Below are positions 17,164 through 26,152 of a DNA stretch of 32,000 nt, piece after piece. The first letter of the stretch is position 1; every line of letters begins with the position of its first letter. The DNA is from Nitrospirota bacterium (GTDB lineage: Bacteria > Nitrospirota > Thermodesulfovibrionia > Thermodesulfovibrionales > JdFR-88): NCBI GenBank assembly GCA_021813405.1, contig JAKAKS010000033.1:12995-44994 (forward strand), written 5' to 3'. Under the pieces are notes generated by a model. That model was not told the DNA's origin, did no database searches, and saw only the letters and a program-made list of their open reading frames with translations. The translations under genes and the position numbers were made by a program.

Positions 17164-19083
17164 TCATTGTTGCTGGGCCTGCTCTTGCACGTTGCCGCTC
17201 TCGTTTTTCTTGCCCTTTGCTTCCTCGATAATCTTTCCAATCTGGTCGCGGTCGAGGACCTCTTCCTTTATCAGGTTGGCGGCCAGTTTGTCGAGGATTG
17301 GGCGGTTTGCCTTCAGGATATTTTCGGCGGTTTCGGCTGCGCCGTTTATAAGGCTTTGTATCTCCTTGTCCATAAGCCAGGCCATCTCCTCGCTGTAACG
17401 TTTGGGTGTGGCAAGCTCGCGGCCTAAAAACGGATGCTCCTCGCCGCGGCCCAGATTCACCGGGCCTATCTTCTCGCTCATCCCCCATTGTGCCACCATC
17501 TTCTCGGCAAGTGAAGTGGCTTCCTTCAGGTCGTTTGATGCCCCGGTGCTGATGTCCCCGAACACCAGCTTTTCAGCGGCCCGGCCTGCAAGCATTACGG
17601 CCAGCCGGTGCATAAGGTAACCCATGGGATAGAAATGCCTGTCCTCTTCCGGTATGGTCTGCGTAACGCCCATGGCCATTCCCCTTGGCAGGATGCTTAC
17701 TTTATGGATGGGGTCCATGTCCGGCAGTTCCCAGGCCGTAAGGGCGTGCCCGGATTCGTGATAGGCGGTTATGCGCTTTTCCTGCTCACTGACCGTGTCT
17801 TCCCGGACGGCCCCCATCAGCACCTTGTCCCTGGCCTCCTCGAAGTCGGACATGTCCACCGTGCTCTTGTTTTTTCTCACGGCCACAAGGGCGGCCTCAT
17901 TTGCCATGTTCTCCAGGTCCGCCCCGGTAAGCCCGGGCGTGCCCTTGGCCAGCCTCTCCAGGTCCACCCCTGGCGCAAGTGGCTTTGAGCGCGTATGAAT
18001 TTCCAGGATGGCCTTGCGTTCCTTCCAGCCTGGCCGGTCCACAACTATCTCGCGGTCAAACCTGCCGGGGCGCAGAAGGGCGGGGTCCAGCACGTCGGGC
18101 CTGTTGGTGGCCGCTATAACAATAACTTCCTCATGGGCCTCAAACCCGTCCATCTCGCTTAGAAGCTGGTTCAGCGTTTGCTCTCTCTCGTCATGCCCGC
18201 CGCCAAGCCCGGCGCCGCGCGTGCGCCCGACAGCGTCTATCTCGTCTATAAAGATTATGCTTGGCTGTGACTCCCTGGCCTTTTTAAACATATCGCGCAC
18301 CCTGGACGCACCCACGCCAACAAACATCTCTATGAATTCCGAGCCGCTTATACTGTAAAACGGCACGCTGGCCTCCCCGGCAGTGGCCCTTGCAAGCAGG
18401 GTTTTCCCCGTGCCGGGCGGGCCCACAAGCAATATGCCTTTGGGCACCTTGGCCCCGATTGCATTGAACTTGGTCGGGTCCTTCAGAAATTCTATGGTTT
18501 CGTTGAGGTCCCGTTTCACGTTTTCCATGCCTGCCACGTCGCGGTAGGTTACCTTTGGCTTTTTCACGTCATATAGCCTGGCCTTGCTGGCCCCGAATGC
18601 AAAAAGCCCTCCTGCGCCGCCCTGTATCTGCTGGGCCCTCCGGAACATATAAACCCAGAAACCTATCAGCAGTATCCATGGCAAAAACCCTATCAGGATG
18701 GTAGTAAACTGCGAGCCCTGAGAAGGCTTTACGTTCACCTGCACACCCCTGGCCTGGAGATCATTCATGATCCCGCCGCCCTGAAATGAAGGCAGGGTTG
18801 TCTGGAAGGTGGTTACTTGTTTAGCGGCGGTTTCGCCGGGGGGTTGAAGGCTTGTCTCTTTTTTCAGTTCGCCTGTCACCTGCAGGTCCTTTATGGTAAC
18901 GGAGTTTATGTTGCCGGCCTGCAGCTGCTGCATGAACTGGGAATAGCTGATAGTGGCTGGCCCCGTTTCGCCCTTGTTCACCTGCCCCCACAGGTATATA
19001 ACCAGTACCGCAAGGAGCAGGAAGAGGACTACCCCCCAAGAGGAGCTTTTGGTTTGCTGCGGCGGTTTCTCCTGTGTGGCCAT
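17164..19083 (-). CDS. ftsH: ATP-dependent zinc metalloprotease FtsH
   Basis: Two N-terminal TMs, Walker [12 protein letters not shown] region, HESGH zinc site (AYHESGHAL). Probable start MATQEKP; the track ORF extends to 19101. Confidence 0.97.
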   Translation of the reverse strand: MATQEKPPQQTKSSSWGVVLFLLLAVLVIYLWGQVNKGETGPATISYSQFMQQLQAGNINSVTIKDLQVTGELKKETSLQPPGETAAKQVTTFQTTLPSFQGGGIMNDLQARGVQVNVKPSQGSQFTTILIGFLPWILLIGFWVYMFRRAQQIQGGAGGLFAFGASKARLYDVKKPKVTYRDVAGMENVKRDLNETIEFLKDPTKFNAIGAKVPKGILLVGPPGTGKTLLARATAGEASVPFYSISGSEFIEMFVGVGASRVRDMFKKARESQPSIIFIDEIDAVGRTRGAGLGGGHDEREQTLNQLLSEMDGFEAHEEVIVIAATNRPDVLDPALLRPGRFDREIVVDRPGWKERKAILEIHTRSKPLAPGVDLERLAKGTPGLTGADLENMANEAALVAVRKNKSTVDMSDFEEARDKVLMGAVREDTVSEQEKRITAYHESGHALTAWELPDMDPIHKVSILPRGMAMGVTQTIPEEDRHFYPMGYLMHRLAVMLAGRAAEKLVFGDISTGASNDLKEATSLAEKMVAQWGMSEKIGPVNLGRGEEHPFLGRELATPKRYSEEMAWLMDKEIQSLINGAAETAENILKANRPILDKLAANLIKEEVLDRDQIGKIIEEAKGKKNESGNVQEQAQQQ

Positions 19084-19173
19084 AATTAATAATAAACTCA
19101 AAAGGTTTCAATTACAATTCACGTTAAATTGGTATCACATACGGTTAATATCCTTGATAAGTTAAACTAAAAT

Positions 19174-20250
19174 ATGGATTACTCTTTGACGACCGCCAGG
19201 CACTTCACCAGGGGCCGGATAACCGGCGTTAAACCGTTTGGCAGCGGCAATATAAACAGCACCTTTCTGGTTGAATCTGAAGACGGGGGGAAATTTGTCC
19301 TCCAGCGCATCAATACCCGTGTTTTCCATAGGCCTGAGGATGTTATGCGCAACATGCGCGTGTGCACGGAACATATGATAGGAAAAAACAATTCCACGTC
19401 CAGCCGCCTTGAGGTGCCGGGCGTTGTCCTGGCCACGGACGGGCTGGATTATTGGGTTGACGATGAGGGCGGGTTCTGGCGCGCCCTCACCATGATCGAG
19501 GGTGCACAATCTTTCAACATAGTCCAGAACGAAACCCATGCAAGGCAGGCCGGTTATGCGCTTGGCCTTTTCCACCAGCTTTTAAGCGATCTGCCCCCCG
19601 GCAAACTTGCCGATACGCTGCCAGGCTTTCATATCACGCCAGGATATCTGGCGCATTACGGTGGGGCGCTGGCAATTTATAAAGGGGCCGTGCCGCCTGA
19701 GGCGGCCTGGTGCATGGATTTTATAGCGGCACGCAAAGGGCTGGCATACATGCTTGAAAACGCAAAAGGGCAGGGCAGGCTGCCAGTGCGCGTGATGCAT
19801 GGCGATCCAAAGATAAATAATATCCTTGTAAACCCGCAGACGTTCAGGGCCGTAAGCGTTATAGACCTGGACACGGTAAAGCCCGGTCTTGTCCATTACG
19901 ACATAGGCGATTGCCTGCGCTCCGGGTGCAACCCGCTTGGCGAGGAGACCGCAGATGTGGATTCCGTTTATTTTCATACCGGGTATTGCCGCGCCATACT
20001 TGAAGGCTATCTTGAGGCGGGCAGGGAATTTCTCACCGCCGGCGATTTTGAATTCATATATCCCTGTGTCCGCCTGATAGCGTTTGAGCTTGGGTTGCGG
20101 TTTTTCACGGATTACCTGGAGGGTAATGTCTATTTTAGGGCTAATTCACCCGGGCACAATTTAAAAAGGGCCCTTGTGCAGTTCAGGCTTACTGAGAGCA
20201 TTGAGCATCAGGAGGCGGACATAAGGCAGATAGTGCGGGAGGGCGCGTGA
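19174..20250 (+). CDS. APH/choline-kinase-like phosphotransferase (sugar kinase-type)
   Basis: GSGNINSTFLVESEDGGKFVLQRIN; catalytic RVMHGDPKINNILVN; VIDLDTVKPGLVHYDIGD. Confidence 0.85.
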   Translation: MDYSLTTARHFTRGRITGVKPFGSGNINSTFLVESEDGGKFVLQRINTRVFHRPEDVMRNMRVCTEHMIGKNNSTSSRLEVPGVVLATDGLDYWVDDEGGFWRALTMIEGAQSFNIVQNETHARQAGYALGLFHQLLSDLPPGKLADTLPGFHITPGYLAHYGGALAIYKGAVPPEAAWCMDFIAARKGLAYMLENAKGQGRLPVRVMHGDPKINNILVNPQTFRAVSVIDLDTVKPGLVHYDIGDCLRSGCNPLGEETADVDSVYFHTGYCRAILEGYLEAGREFLTAGDFEFIYPCVRLIAFELGLRFFTDYLEGNVYFRANSPGHNLKRALVQFRLTESIEHQEADIRQIVREGA

Positions 20251-20783
20251 CTTCCGTAGAGTTTGCCCTGCTGCCTTTTCCCGGTGAAATTTTTCCGGAA
20301 ATAAAGATTTCCGGGAGCGCTGGGAGGGAAGGCAACGTGTTCTCAATCCATTACAACATTACCGGTGATCTGCCGCGGATAGTGCTGCCAGCGGCGGGGA
20401 CGGCGCCGGAGCGTGTGGACGGACTTTGGGAAGCAACCTGCATGGAGTTTTTTCTTTCTCCGCGCGGCCGCGTGGATTACTGGGAGTTCAATCTCTCGCC
20501 ATCGGGGGACTGGAACGTTTACAGGCTGGACTCTTACAGGGAGGGGTTCCGGCGGGAACCGTCAATAGAGCGGCTCCCGTTTAAGTTTCATCGCGGGCCG
20601 GACGCGCTTGGGTTATCGCTGGAATGCGACCTGGCCCGGGTAATTAATCCGGATATCAAAATCGAGGCCGCAATAACCGCCGTAATAAAAACCGCGGACG
20701 GAAAATTGAGCTACTGGGCTTTAAAGCATCCAGCAGGCAAACCCGACTTCCATCACAGGGAAAGTTTTGTGATCGAACTTTGA
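20247..20783 (+). CDS. DOMON-like domain-containing protein
   Basis: 4-nt overlap with the upstream kinase gene. Pattern RVDGLWEATCMEFFLSPRGRVDYWEFNLSPSGDWNVYRLDSYREGFR. Confidence 0.65.
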   Translation: MTSVEFALLPFPGEIFPEIKISGSAGREGNVFSIHYNITGDLPRIVLPAAGTAPERVDGLWEATCMEFFLSPRGRVDYWEFNLSPSGDWNVYRLDSYREGFRREPSIERLPFKFHRGPDALGLSLECDLARVINPDIKIEAAITAVIKTADGKLSYWALKHPAGKPDFHHRESFVIEL

Positions 20784-20795
20784 CCTGGCCTGTTT

Positions 20796-21113
20796 TCAGT
20801 CCAGAAACGAGCAGCAGTAATCCGTAACGGACTTTACCTTCACGATGAATGAGGAATTGGCCGGCACTTCAAACGACTCCCCTCCTTTCACGGGCTTCCA
20901 CTGCTGTGAGCCGGGCAGGCGCACATCCAGGTCGCCGGATGTTATCTCCATCAGTTCCGCTTTCCCTGTATTGAATTCGTACTGGCCGGGCTGCATTATT
21001 CCCAATGTTTTTTTGGAGCCGTCTTCAAACAGCACCGTGCGGCTTGCCACCCCGCCGTCAAAATAGATGTTTGCCTTCGTCAGTACCTTTACGTGCTCGA
21101 AAAATTCCGGCAT
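20796..21113 (-). CDS. ppnP: Pyrimidine/purine nucleoside phosphorylase (PpnP/YaiE family)
   Basis: MPEFFEHVKVLTKANIYFDGGVASRTVLFEDGSKKTLGIMQPGQYEFNTGKAELMEITSGDLDVRLPG...FEVPANSSFIVKV. Confidence 0.9.
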   Translation of the reverse strand: MPEFFEHVKVLTKANIYFDGGVASRTVLFEDGSKKTLGIMQPGQYEFNTGKAELMEITSGDLDVRLPGSQQWKPVKGGESFEVPANSSFIVKVKSVTDYCCSFLD

Positions 21114-21391
21114 CGCACGCCTCCCTTTAAAAAGTTATTTGGTTTGAAGCACGATTATATCAGAAATCAGGCCACATTCGGAGCGTTTAGCTGCGCATGC
21201 ACTGGTTCGCCTTAAAAAATAGATGGAAGCGTTCGCGGAGGTTTTACTTTCACGTTAGGATTACGTCAATTTTTTTTAGAAATTGCCCCGGGCAACAGCG
21301 GCAGAGCCGTGAGTTCGAAACCTCCATCGCTCATTTTTCTGCTCTAATATCCTACAGATGGACGCGGCACACGTTCTGGAAACTTTTTGTT

Positions 21392-22189
21392 CTATTCGGG
21401 ATTTGTTTTATCTGGCAAACAAAAGCCCAGTATCTTAGCCGCAAGCTCGCTCCTTCGTTTTACATCGAGCTTTCCAAATATGTTTTTCAGGTGGTCCTTC
21501 ACGGTCATTTCAGTGATAAAAAGCCGCTCTGCAATCTGCCGGTTGGATAACCCTCTTACAGCCAACGCGGTAATCTCATGCTCTCTCCGTGTTAAATTAA
21601 AGCCGGAGAGCTTTGTCCGGATGTCATCCCGCTGCAAGGCCATTTGCTCCAGTAAAGCAGTGTGGTCCATAGCCCGCGAAAGATGAGGAAGAAGGATGTC
21701 CATGACCGCGATATCCTGCGCTGTGAAATCCTTGTCGCTTTTTTTCCTGTGAAGGGCAAAACCTGCGGATGGAGCCCCGCGTGAGCCGAGGTTCGCGCTC
21801 AACTCATAAAAGATCGGGACCTTCGGCTGGAAATCCCTGCCCCACGCGGTATCATGCAGACTTGAAGCCGGAATAAAATCTGTAAGCCGGAGTGATTTGT
21901 TCAAGGGCATCATGTGCATTTTTTTTTGTACAAGAGGATGCAAAGGGGCGTAGTAACTGAAAAAACTTAATAAAGGTCCATCTTCAATATTAAAACTTAC
22001 GGCCCCATTCTTTTTAAAAATTCCCGTTTTGATGTCCAGGGGGAGAAAGACCCCGCTGCTGATGCCTATCCATTTTTCAAGTTTCTCAAATATGGCTAGC
22101 AATGTGGCTGTACGATCGAAGCTGGAATAGGCCATGTCAATAATATCAAGGATGGCCCTGTAATCTTTTGAAGAAATACGGGAGGCCAT
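21392..22189 (-). CDS. LuxR-family transcriptional regulator (copy B)
   Basis: C-terminal HTH LTRREHEITALAVRGLSNRQIAERLFITEMTVKDHLKNIFGKLDVKRRSEL. Likely start MASRISSKDYRA at 22189. Confidence 0.85.
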   Translation of the reverse strand: MASRISSKDYRAILDIIDMAYSSFDRTATLLAIFEKLEKWIGISSGVFLPLDIKTGIFKKNGAVSFNIEDGPLLSFFSYYAPLHPLVQKKMHMMPLNKSLRLTDFIPASSLHDTAWGRDFQPKVPIFYELSANLGSRGAPSAGFALHRKKSDKDFTAQDIAVMDILLPHLSRAMDHTALLEQMALQRDDIRTKLSGFNLTRREHEITALAVRGLSNRQIAERLFITEMTVKDHLKNIFGKLDVKRRSELAAKILGFCLPDKTNPE

Positions 22190-22190
22190 T

Positions 22191-23234
22191 TTACGTTCCA
22201 GCGGAAGCGGGCGGTTTCTCCATGCTCCCGGTTTTGCTTTCATAGGGTCGCATTACAAGCGCCTTGGCCGCAAGCTCGCTCCTGCGTTTTACATCGAGCT
22301 TTCCGAATATGTTTTTCATGTGGTCCTTCACGGTCATTTCAGTGATAAAAAGCCGCTCTGCAATCTGCCGGTTGGAAAGGCCCTGAATGGCCAGCCCCGC
22401 AACCTCTTTTTCCCGTATTGTAAGGTCAAATCCATCCAGCTTCAAGGCAAGCTTATCCTTTGCCGGCTGAGGCTCCAGGATAGTGAATTTCCCCTTTCTC
22501 TTTCTGTCTATTGGCACTGTGCGGACGCGGAACGTGCGGCCTTTTTTGAAGAAGACCGGGGCACAACCAAGGCCAGGGTCCGGAATTGCATCAGGCGAGG
22601 ACCCGTTAAGCGCCCTTTCGGCCTCTTTGTTCATGAAAAAGGGCTTGCCGCTCTCATCGGTCATAATAACGCCGCAATCCTCTTTGTCGAGCCCTACGGA
22701 ACTCGTCAATTCCCGAATGTGGATGGCCCTGGCGATATGAGGAAGGAGGATATTTACAACCTCTTTGTCCCTCCGGCTGAAATTGCCTTCATGCTTTTGC
22801 CGGTGAATTCCAAGCATGCCTACTATATCGCCCTGCACGCCCAATGTGGAGGCGATAACATAAAATACGGAGGCCATGGGCATAAGGAAATCGGTCGCGA
22901 ACTCGGTCTTTATCAACTCTGGCATAAGGTCGGTATTCCGTGCGGCCTCGTTCGGGTGGCCTTTAAACCAGCCGCATGAAGTAAAAGGGTCTTGGGGGGC
23001 ATAGTGGGACAGATATGCGAGCATGGCCCCTTCCCAGTTGTTGAATATCTGGTAACCGCTGAAAAGAAATTCTCCGGTTTTAAGATTGGCCGGGACAAAA
23101 ATTGCGCTGTAGATGCCTATGAATTTCCGTAATTTCTCACAAAGGGCATGGAACATTGCGCCTGTGTCCGGGACGGAATAGATGACATCGATACTCTCCA
23201 GAACACTTCTGTAATCTCTCGCGGAAAGAGCCAC
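22191..23234 (-). CDS. LuxR-family transcriptional regulator (copy A)
   Basis: C-terminal HTH LTIREKEVAGLAIQGLSNRQIAERLFITEMTVKDHMKNIFGKLDVKRRSEL. N-terminus homologous to copy B (ARDYRSVLESIDVIYS vs SKDYRAILDIIDMAYS). Confidence 0.87.
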   Translation of the reverse strand: MALSARDYRSVLESIDVIYSVPDTGAMFHALCEKLRKFIGIYSAIFVPANLKTGEFLFSGYQIFNNWEGAMLAYLSHYAPQDPFTSCGWFKGHPNEAARNTDLMPELIKTEFATDFLMPMASVFYVIASTLGVQGDIVGMLGIHRQKHEGNFSRRDKEVVNILLPHIARAIHIRELTSSVGLDKEDCGVIMTDESGKPFFMNKEAERALNGSSPDAIPDPGLGCAPVFFKKGRTFRVRTVPIDRKRKGKFTILEPQPAKDKLALKLDGFDLTIREKEVAGLAIQGLSNRQIAERLFITEMTVKDHMKNIFGKLDVKRRSELAAKALVMRPYESKTGSMEKPPASAGT

Positions 23235-23349
23235 GGCGCAACCCTCACATAAAGACGCCTTTTTTTCTTTTAAAAATCTTTATTTACCACTTTTTGCCAA
23301 GTAGACCAAATATAACACAAAATACTTTAAAAATCCCTCTTTCGAGGGA

Positions 23350-23378
23350 TTTATCTGAAAAGCTATTTCCCTTATAAT
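23350..23378 (+). promoter_or_regulatory. Possible sigma70 promoter
   Basis: TTTATC (23350-23355), 17-nt spacer, perfect TATAAT (23373-23378). Confidence 0.4.
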
Positions 23379-23409
23379 GAGGCAGACAGATAAAAAGGGC
23401 GAACTTATG

Positions 23410-23580
23410 GCCGATGCGGAAGAACAGAAGCTCATGGAGATATTAAAGCCGCTTGAGGAGATAAAACGAGGATTACTGGAACTGCTTAAAATAGGAGCCT
23501 GTCTTCAGGCGGCAAGGACAAAGGCTGCGTCCGGAGGAAACCGGAGAGCAGCCTTTTTTATTTTCTGCGGCCGCCTGTGA
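23410..23580 (+). CDS. Possible small protein or leader ORF
   Basis: MADAEEQKLMEILKPLEEIKRGLLELLKIGACLQAARTKAASGGNRRAAFFIFCGRL (in the track as 23377-23580). The helical N-terminal half is plausible; the C-terminal half runs into an RNA hairpin. Confidence 0.3.
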   Translation, partial: ADAEEQKLMEILKPLEEIKRGLLELLKIGACLQAARTKAASGGNRRAAFFIFCGRL

Positions 23581-23590
23581 GGACAGGCTC
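23495..23590 (+). repeat. Long inverted repeat enclosing a nested terminator-like hairpin
   Basis: GAGCCTGTC-TT-CAGGCGGC (23495-23513... arm) vs GCCGCCTG-TGAG-GACAGGCTC (23570-23590). Inside it: AAGGCTGC-G-TCCGG-AGGAAA-CCGGA-GA-GCAGCCTTTTTTATTTT (23521-23564). Confidence 0.75.
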
Positions 23591-23696
23591 TATCAAGCAA
23601 GGACTGCGGCATTACCTCTTTGAAATATATGGCAGTGGGACGTTGCACACCCGTTTTTGAGGCGTAGTGGAAATTTTGAAAAATGGAGGTCTGAAA

Positions 23697-25787
23697 ATGA
23701 AAGGAAAGCTTGGGAGGTTTTTTGCAGCCGGGGCGTTGTGTGTATTTGCAGTGTTATTTTTTGGGGGCTGCGGAGGGGGAGGCAGCAGTTCGCCATCCGG
23801 CTCGTCTGGCGCCCCTGTAAGCGGGTTTGTAGCCGATGGCGCTGTGGCAAACGCAACGGTAACGGCATATACCGACTCTGGGCTTACAAACCAGATTGGC
23901 TCCGGCTCCTCGGATTCAACCGGAAAATTTTCTTTTAGCCTTACTGTAACTCCGGTGCCTTCGCCTTTTTACCTGAAGTCCACCGGCGGCATAGATTTGA
24001 GCACGGGCCTGCCCGCGCCGACGATGGTGTTTGCAGGCATTACAAACGGGGCCGGCATCAATATCACCCCGCTTACGGACACGGTTTACCAGTTAAGCCT
24101 CTCCGTTGGGCTTGCTAATGCGATAACAAGCGTTGAGGGCCAGCTTGGGGTAACAAACGCTGATATTTACAGCGGAATTTCCAATTCAGCCACTGCCGCT
24201 GCTGTAAACAAGGTGGCGGATTCCGGCTCGATGGCGGCCACGCTTCCGGACGGGGCATATTATATGACCTTAATCCATGCAGGGAGCAACGAAATCCAGA
24301 ATCCAAAACACACCTTCGGCAGCATAGCGGATATCCTTACCAACAGCACGGAAGCGCTCAACATAACAGTTTCCAGCGGAGCGGTAAGCGGCACAATGTC
24401 TGATGCAAGCAATGGTACGTGTACCGTTTCAGGAAGGGTAAGCGGCGATGCAGTGGTCCTTCAAACGGCACCATGCAGCATCACTGGCAAGACCATGAGC
24501 GCAGGCGGGACCATAGGCCGGCTTGGCGGCATCACCGGCACATTTTTAGTTAATGCGCCGGGTTCAGGCCATCCCCTCAGGGCGGGCGTATTCGCCGCGT
24601 CGGCTATTCCTCAGAACGTAAACGCATCCACCTTCGCAAATGCTGTAGGCGCATCGTATACTGGACCGTTTAATTTCCTGGCCAGGGGCCTCTTTGGAGC
24701 CGGGCACAATCTGATCTGGGGCCAGGAGCCGCAGCAGCCCATACCCAGCACCATGGGCGGTACGTTTACCCCAAGTAACATCTCGGTAGCCATGGACAAC
24801 GGCTCCGGCATCAACCCAACCACAGACACCCTAGCATCCGCATCCGGGTTCGGCAGTATGGTTTCCAGCAAAGGATTGCCTACCGCGCTGGCGGTAATGC
24901 AATATACCGACATAAGCGGAGAAAACATTTTCATAGTACAGGCCGCGGGAAGCAGGGGCGGCATCTGGGTGACAGCCAATCCTGCCAACTCCAATGAGGC
25001 GGACGGAATAGGCGACTTATCCGTTACAAAGCCTGGCAGCGTAGATTCTCTTTCAGACAGCTCATATAACATCTATGTTGCATCAGTTGACCCCGGTGAA
25101 CTTGGGCAATCAAGGAGCTCCGTATTAGGCGGCATGCCGGTTTCCCCGGGAACCGCTGACTTCAGCGTTTGCAGCGGCAACACCGGGTTATGCACAAGTC
25201 TTTCCGGCTTTGGTGTAGGCAACAGCCCCGAACTGGGTGTATTTGCCGGTGACGTACTTGGGATGAAGAAGGACGACGATGACGTATGGGATGGCGCCGA
25301 GCAGGACGGATCGAACGAACATATAAGGCTGGTGCATTTCTTCGGCAGTGGCGCGTTCTCTGGCGGGGAGGAGCAGCCGGTAAACGTACCCATGATGAAT
25401 GGCGGCGGTAGCGGCATTGGGAATTTCCCGTCAGCCTTCGTGGGAATGGCCGTGCCCACATCCGGCAGCGCGCCCTCTTTCAGCGGCACGCTGAGCTTCC
25501 TGGCCAGGAATCTCTATACCACTGACGGCAACTACAATTTCAATTGGGGCTCCATAACCATCTCCGGAACCAGCGGCTCAATTACTTATGCGGGCTCCGA
25601 TGGAGGAAGCGGCACCGCCTCATTGTCAGTCTTGAATACAAACGGCGTTTACCATCTGTCCTTCCCGAGTAGCGGTGGCGGCTACATAGATGTTTTCTGG
25701 CCCGTCGGCGGCCGGAAGGCCATTTACTTCTCGTCAGACAGTAATGGAAGCATAAATGAAATAGGCGAGGCGTATATGACCCAGTAG
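23697..25787 (+). CDS. Large Gly/Ser/Thr-rich secreted lipoprotein of unknown function
   Basis: Start MKGKLGRFFAAGALCVFAVLFFGGCGGGGSSS (lipobox FGGC), preceded by GGAGG. Internally repeated beta-rich module (see findings). Confidence 0.8.
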   Translation: MKGKLGRFFAAGALCVFAVLFFGGCGGGGSSSPSGSSGAPVSGFVADGAVANATVTAYTDSGLTNQIGSGSSDSTGKFSFSLTVTPVPSPFYLKSTGGIDLSTGLPAPTMVFAGITNGAGINITPLTDTVYQLSLSVGLANAITSVEGQLGVTNADIYSGISNSATAAAVNKVADSGSMAATLPDGAYYMTLIHAGSNEIQNPKHTFGSIADILTNSTEALNITVSSGAVSGTMSDASNGTCTVSGRVSGDAVVLQTAPCSITGKTMSAGGTIGRLGGITGTFLVNAPGSGHPLRAGVFAASAIPQNVNASTFANAVGASYTGPFNFLARGLFGAGHNLIWGQEPQQPIPSTMGGTFTPSNISVAMDNGSGINPTTDTLASASGFGSMVSSKGLPTALAVMQYTDISGENIFIVQAAGSRGGIWVTANPANSNEADGIGDLSVTKPGSVDSLSDSSYNIYVASVDPGELGQSRSSVLGGMPVSPGTADFSVCSGNTGLCTSLSGFGVGNSPELGVFAGDVLGMKKDDDDVWDGAEQDGSNEHIRLVHFFGSGAFSGGEEQPVNVPMMNGGGSGIGNFPSAFVGMAVPTSGSAPSFSGTLSFLARNLYTTDGNYNFNWGSITISGTSGSITYAGSDGGSGTASLSVLNTNGVYHLSFPSSGGGYIDVFWPVGGRKAIYFSSDSNGSINEIGEAYMTQ

Positions 25788-25806
25788 GGCCGTTTTGCCA
25801 ATGGCT

Positions 25807-25838
25807 AAGGGGCACGCTGCAGCGTGCCCCCTTTTTTT
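25807..25838 (+). terminator. Intrinsic terminator downstream of the lipoprotein gene
   Basis: AAGGGGCACGCTGCAGCGTGCCCCCTTTTTTT, a perfect palindrome followed by a T tract. Confidence 0.9.
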
Positions 25839-25932
25839 ATCCGCGGGTCGCTAAAAAAAATTTTAAGCCGCAAAAGAGCAGGTTTTCAGGTGCACCAGAC
25901 GCCAGTGCGCCGCCCCGAATCCCACAAAAACC

Positions 25933-25974
25933 ATGACATAAACTTAATGACATATGTCATATGGACAATGTCAT
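25933..25974. promoter_or_regulatory. Symmetric operator made of four ATGACAT/ATGTCAT half-sites
   Basis: ATGACAT-AAACTTA-ATGACAT-ATGTCAT-ATGGACA-ATGTCAT. Inner 14-bp perfect palindrome 25947-25960; outer half-sites are equidistant from the same centre. Confidence 0.65.
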
Positions 25975-26152
25975 ATATTGCCGGGGTATGATGGGCATGC
26001 GCCAGGCACTCAGGGCGCTGATGGCCACGTTCTTTGAAAAGATAGGGATTGAACGGCTTTGAACAGCGGAATTCAAAAAAATATTTTAAATCAGCAAGTT
26101 GAGAGTTTTGGGTTGAACACTAAAAAAGGGGGCAGGGTGCGGCAGAAAGAAC

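Noticed and set aside
21228-21345. tRNA-like fragment (GTTCGAAACCTCC) and GGAGGTTT/AAACCTCC inverted pair upstream of the ppnP/LuxR region
   Set aside because: No acceptor stem, anticodon arm or matching T-stem can be built around the TTCGAA-like loop. The inverted pair is short and could be chance.
23578-23642. Possible Sec read-through of the TGA ending the 57-codon ORF (continues GQALSSKDCGITSLKY...)
   Set aside because: No family homology supports the downstream frame and there is no conserved Cys column. The local hairpin is better explained by the inverted repeat.
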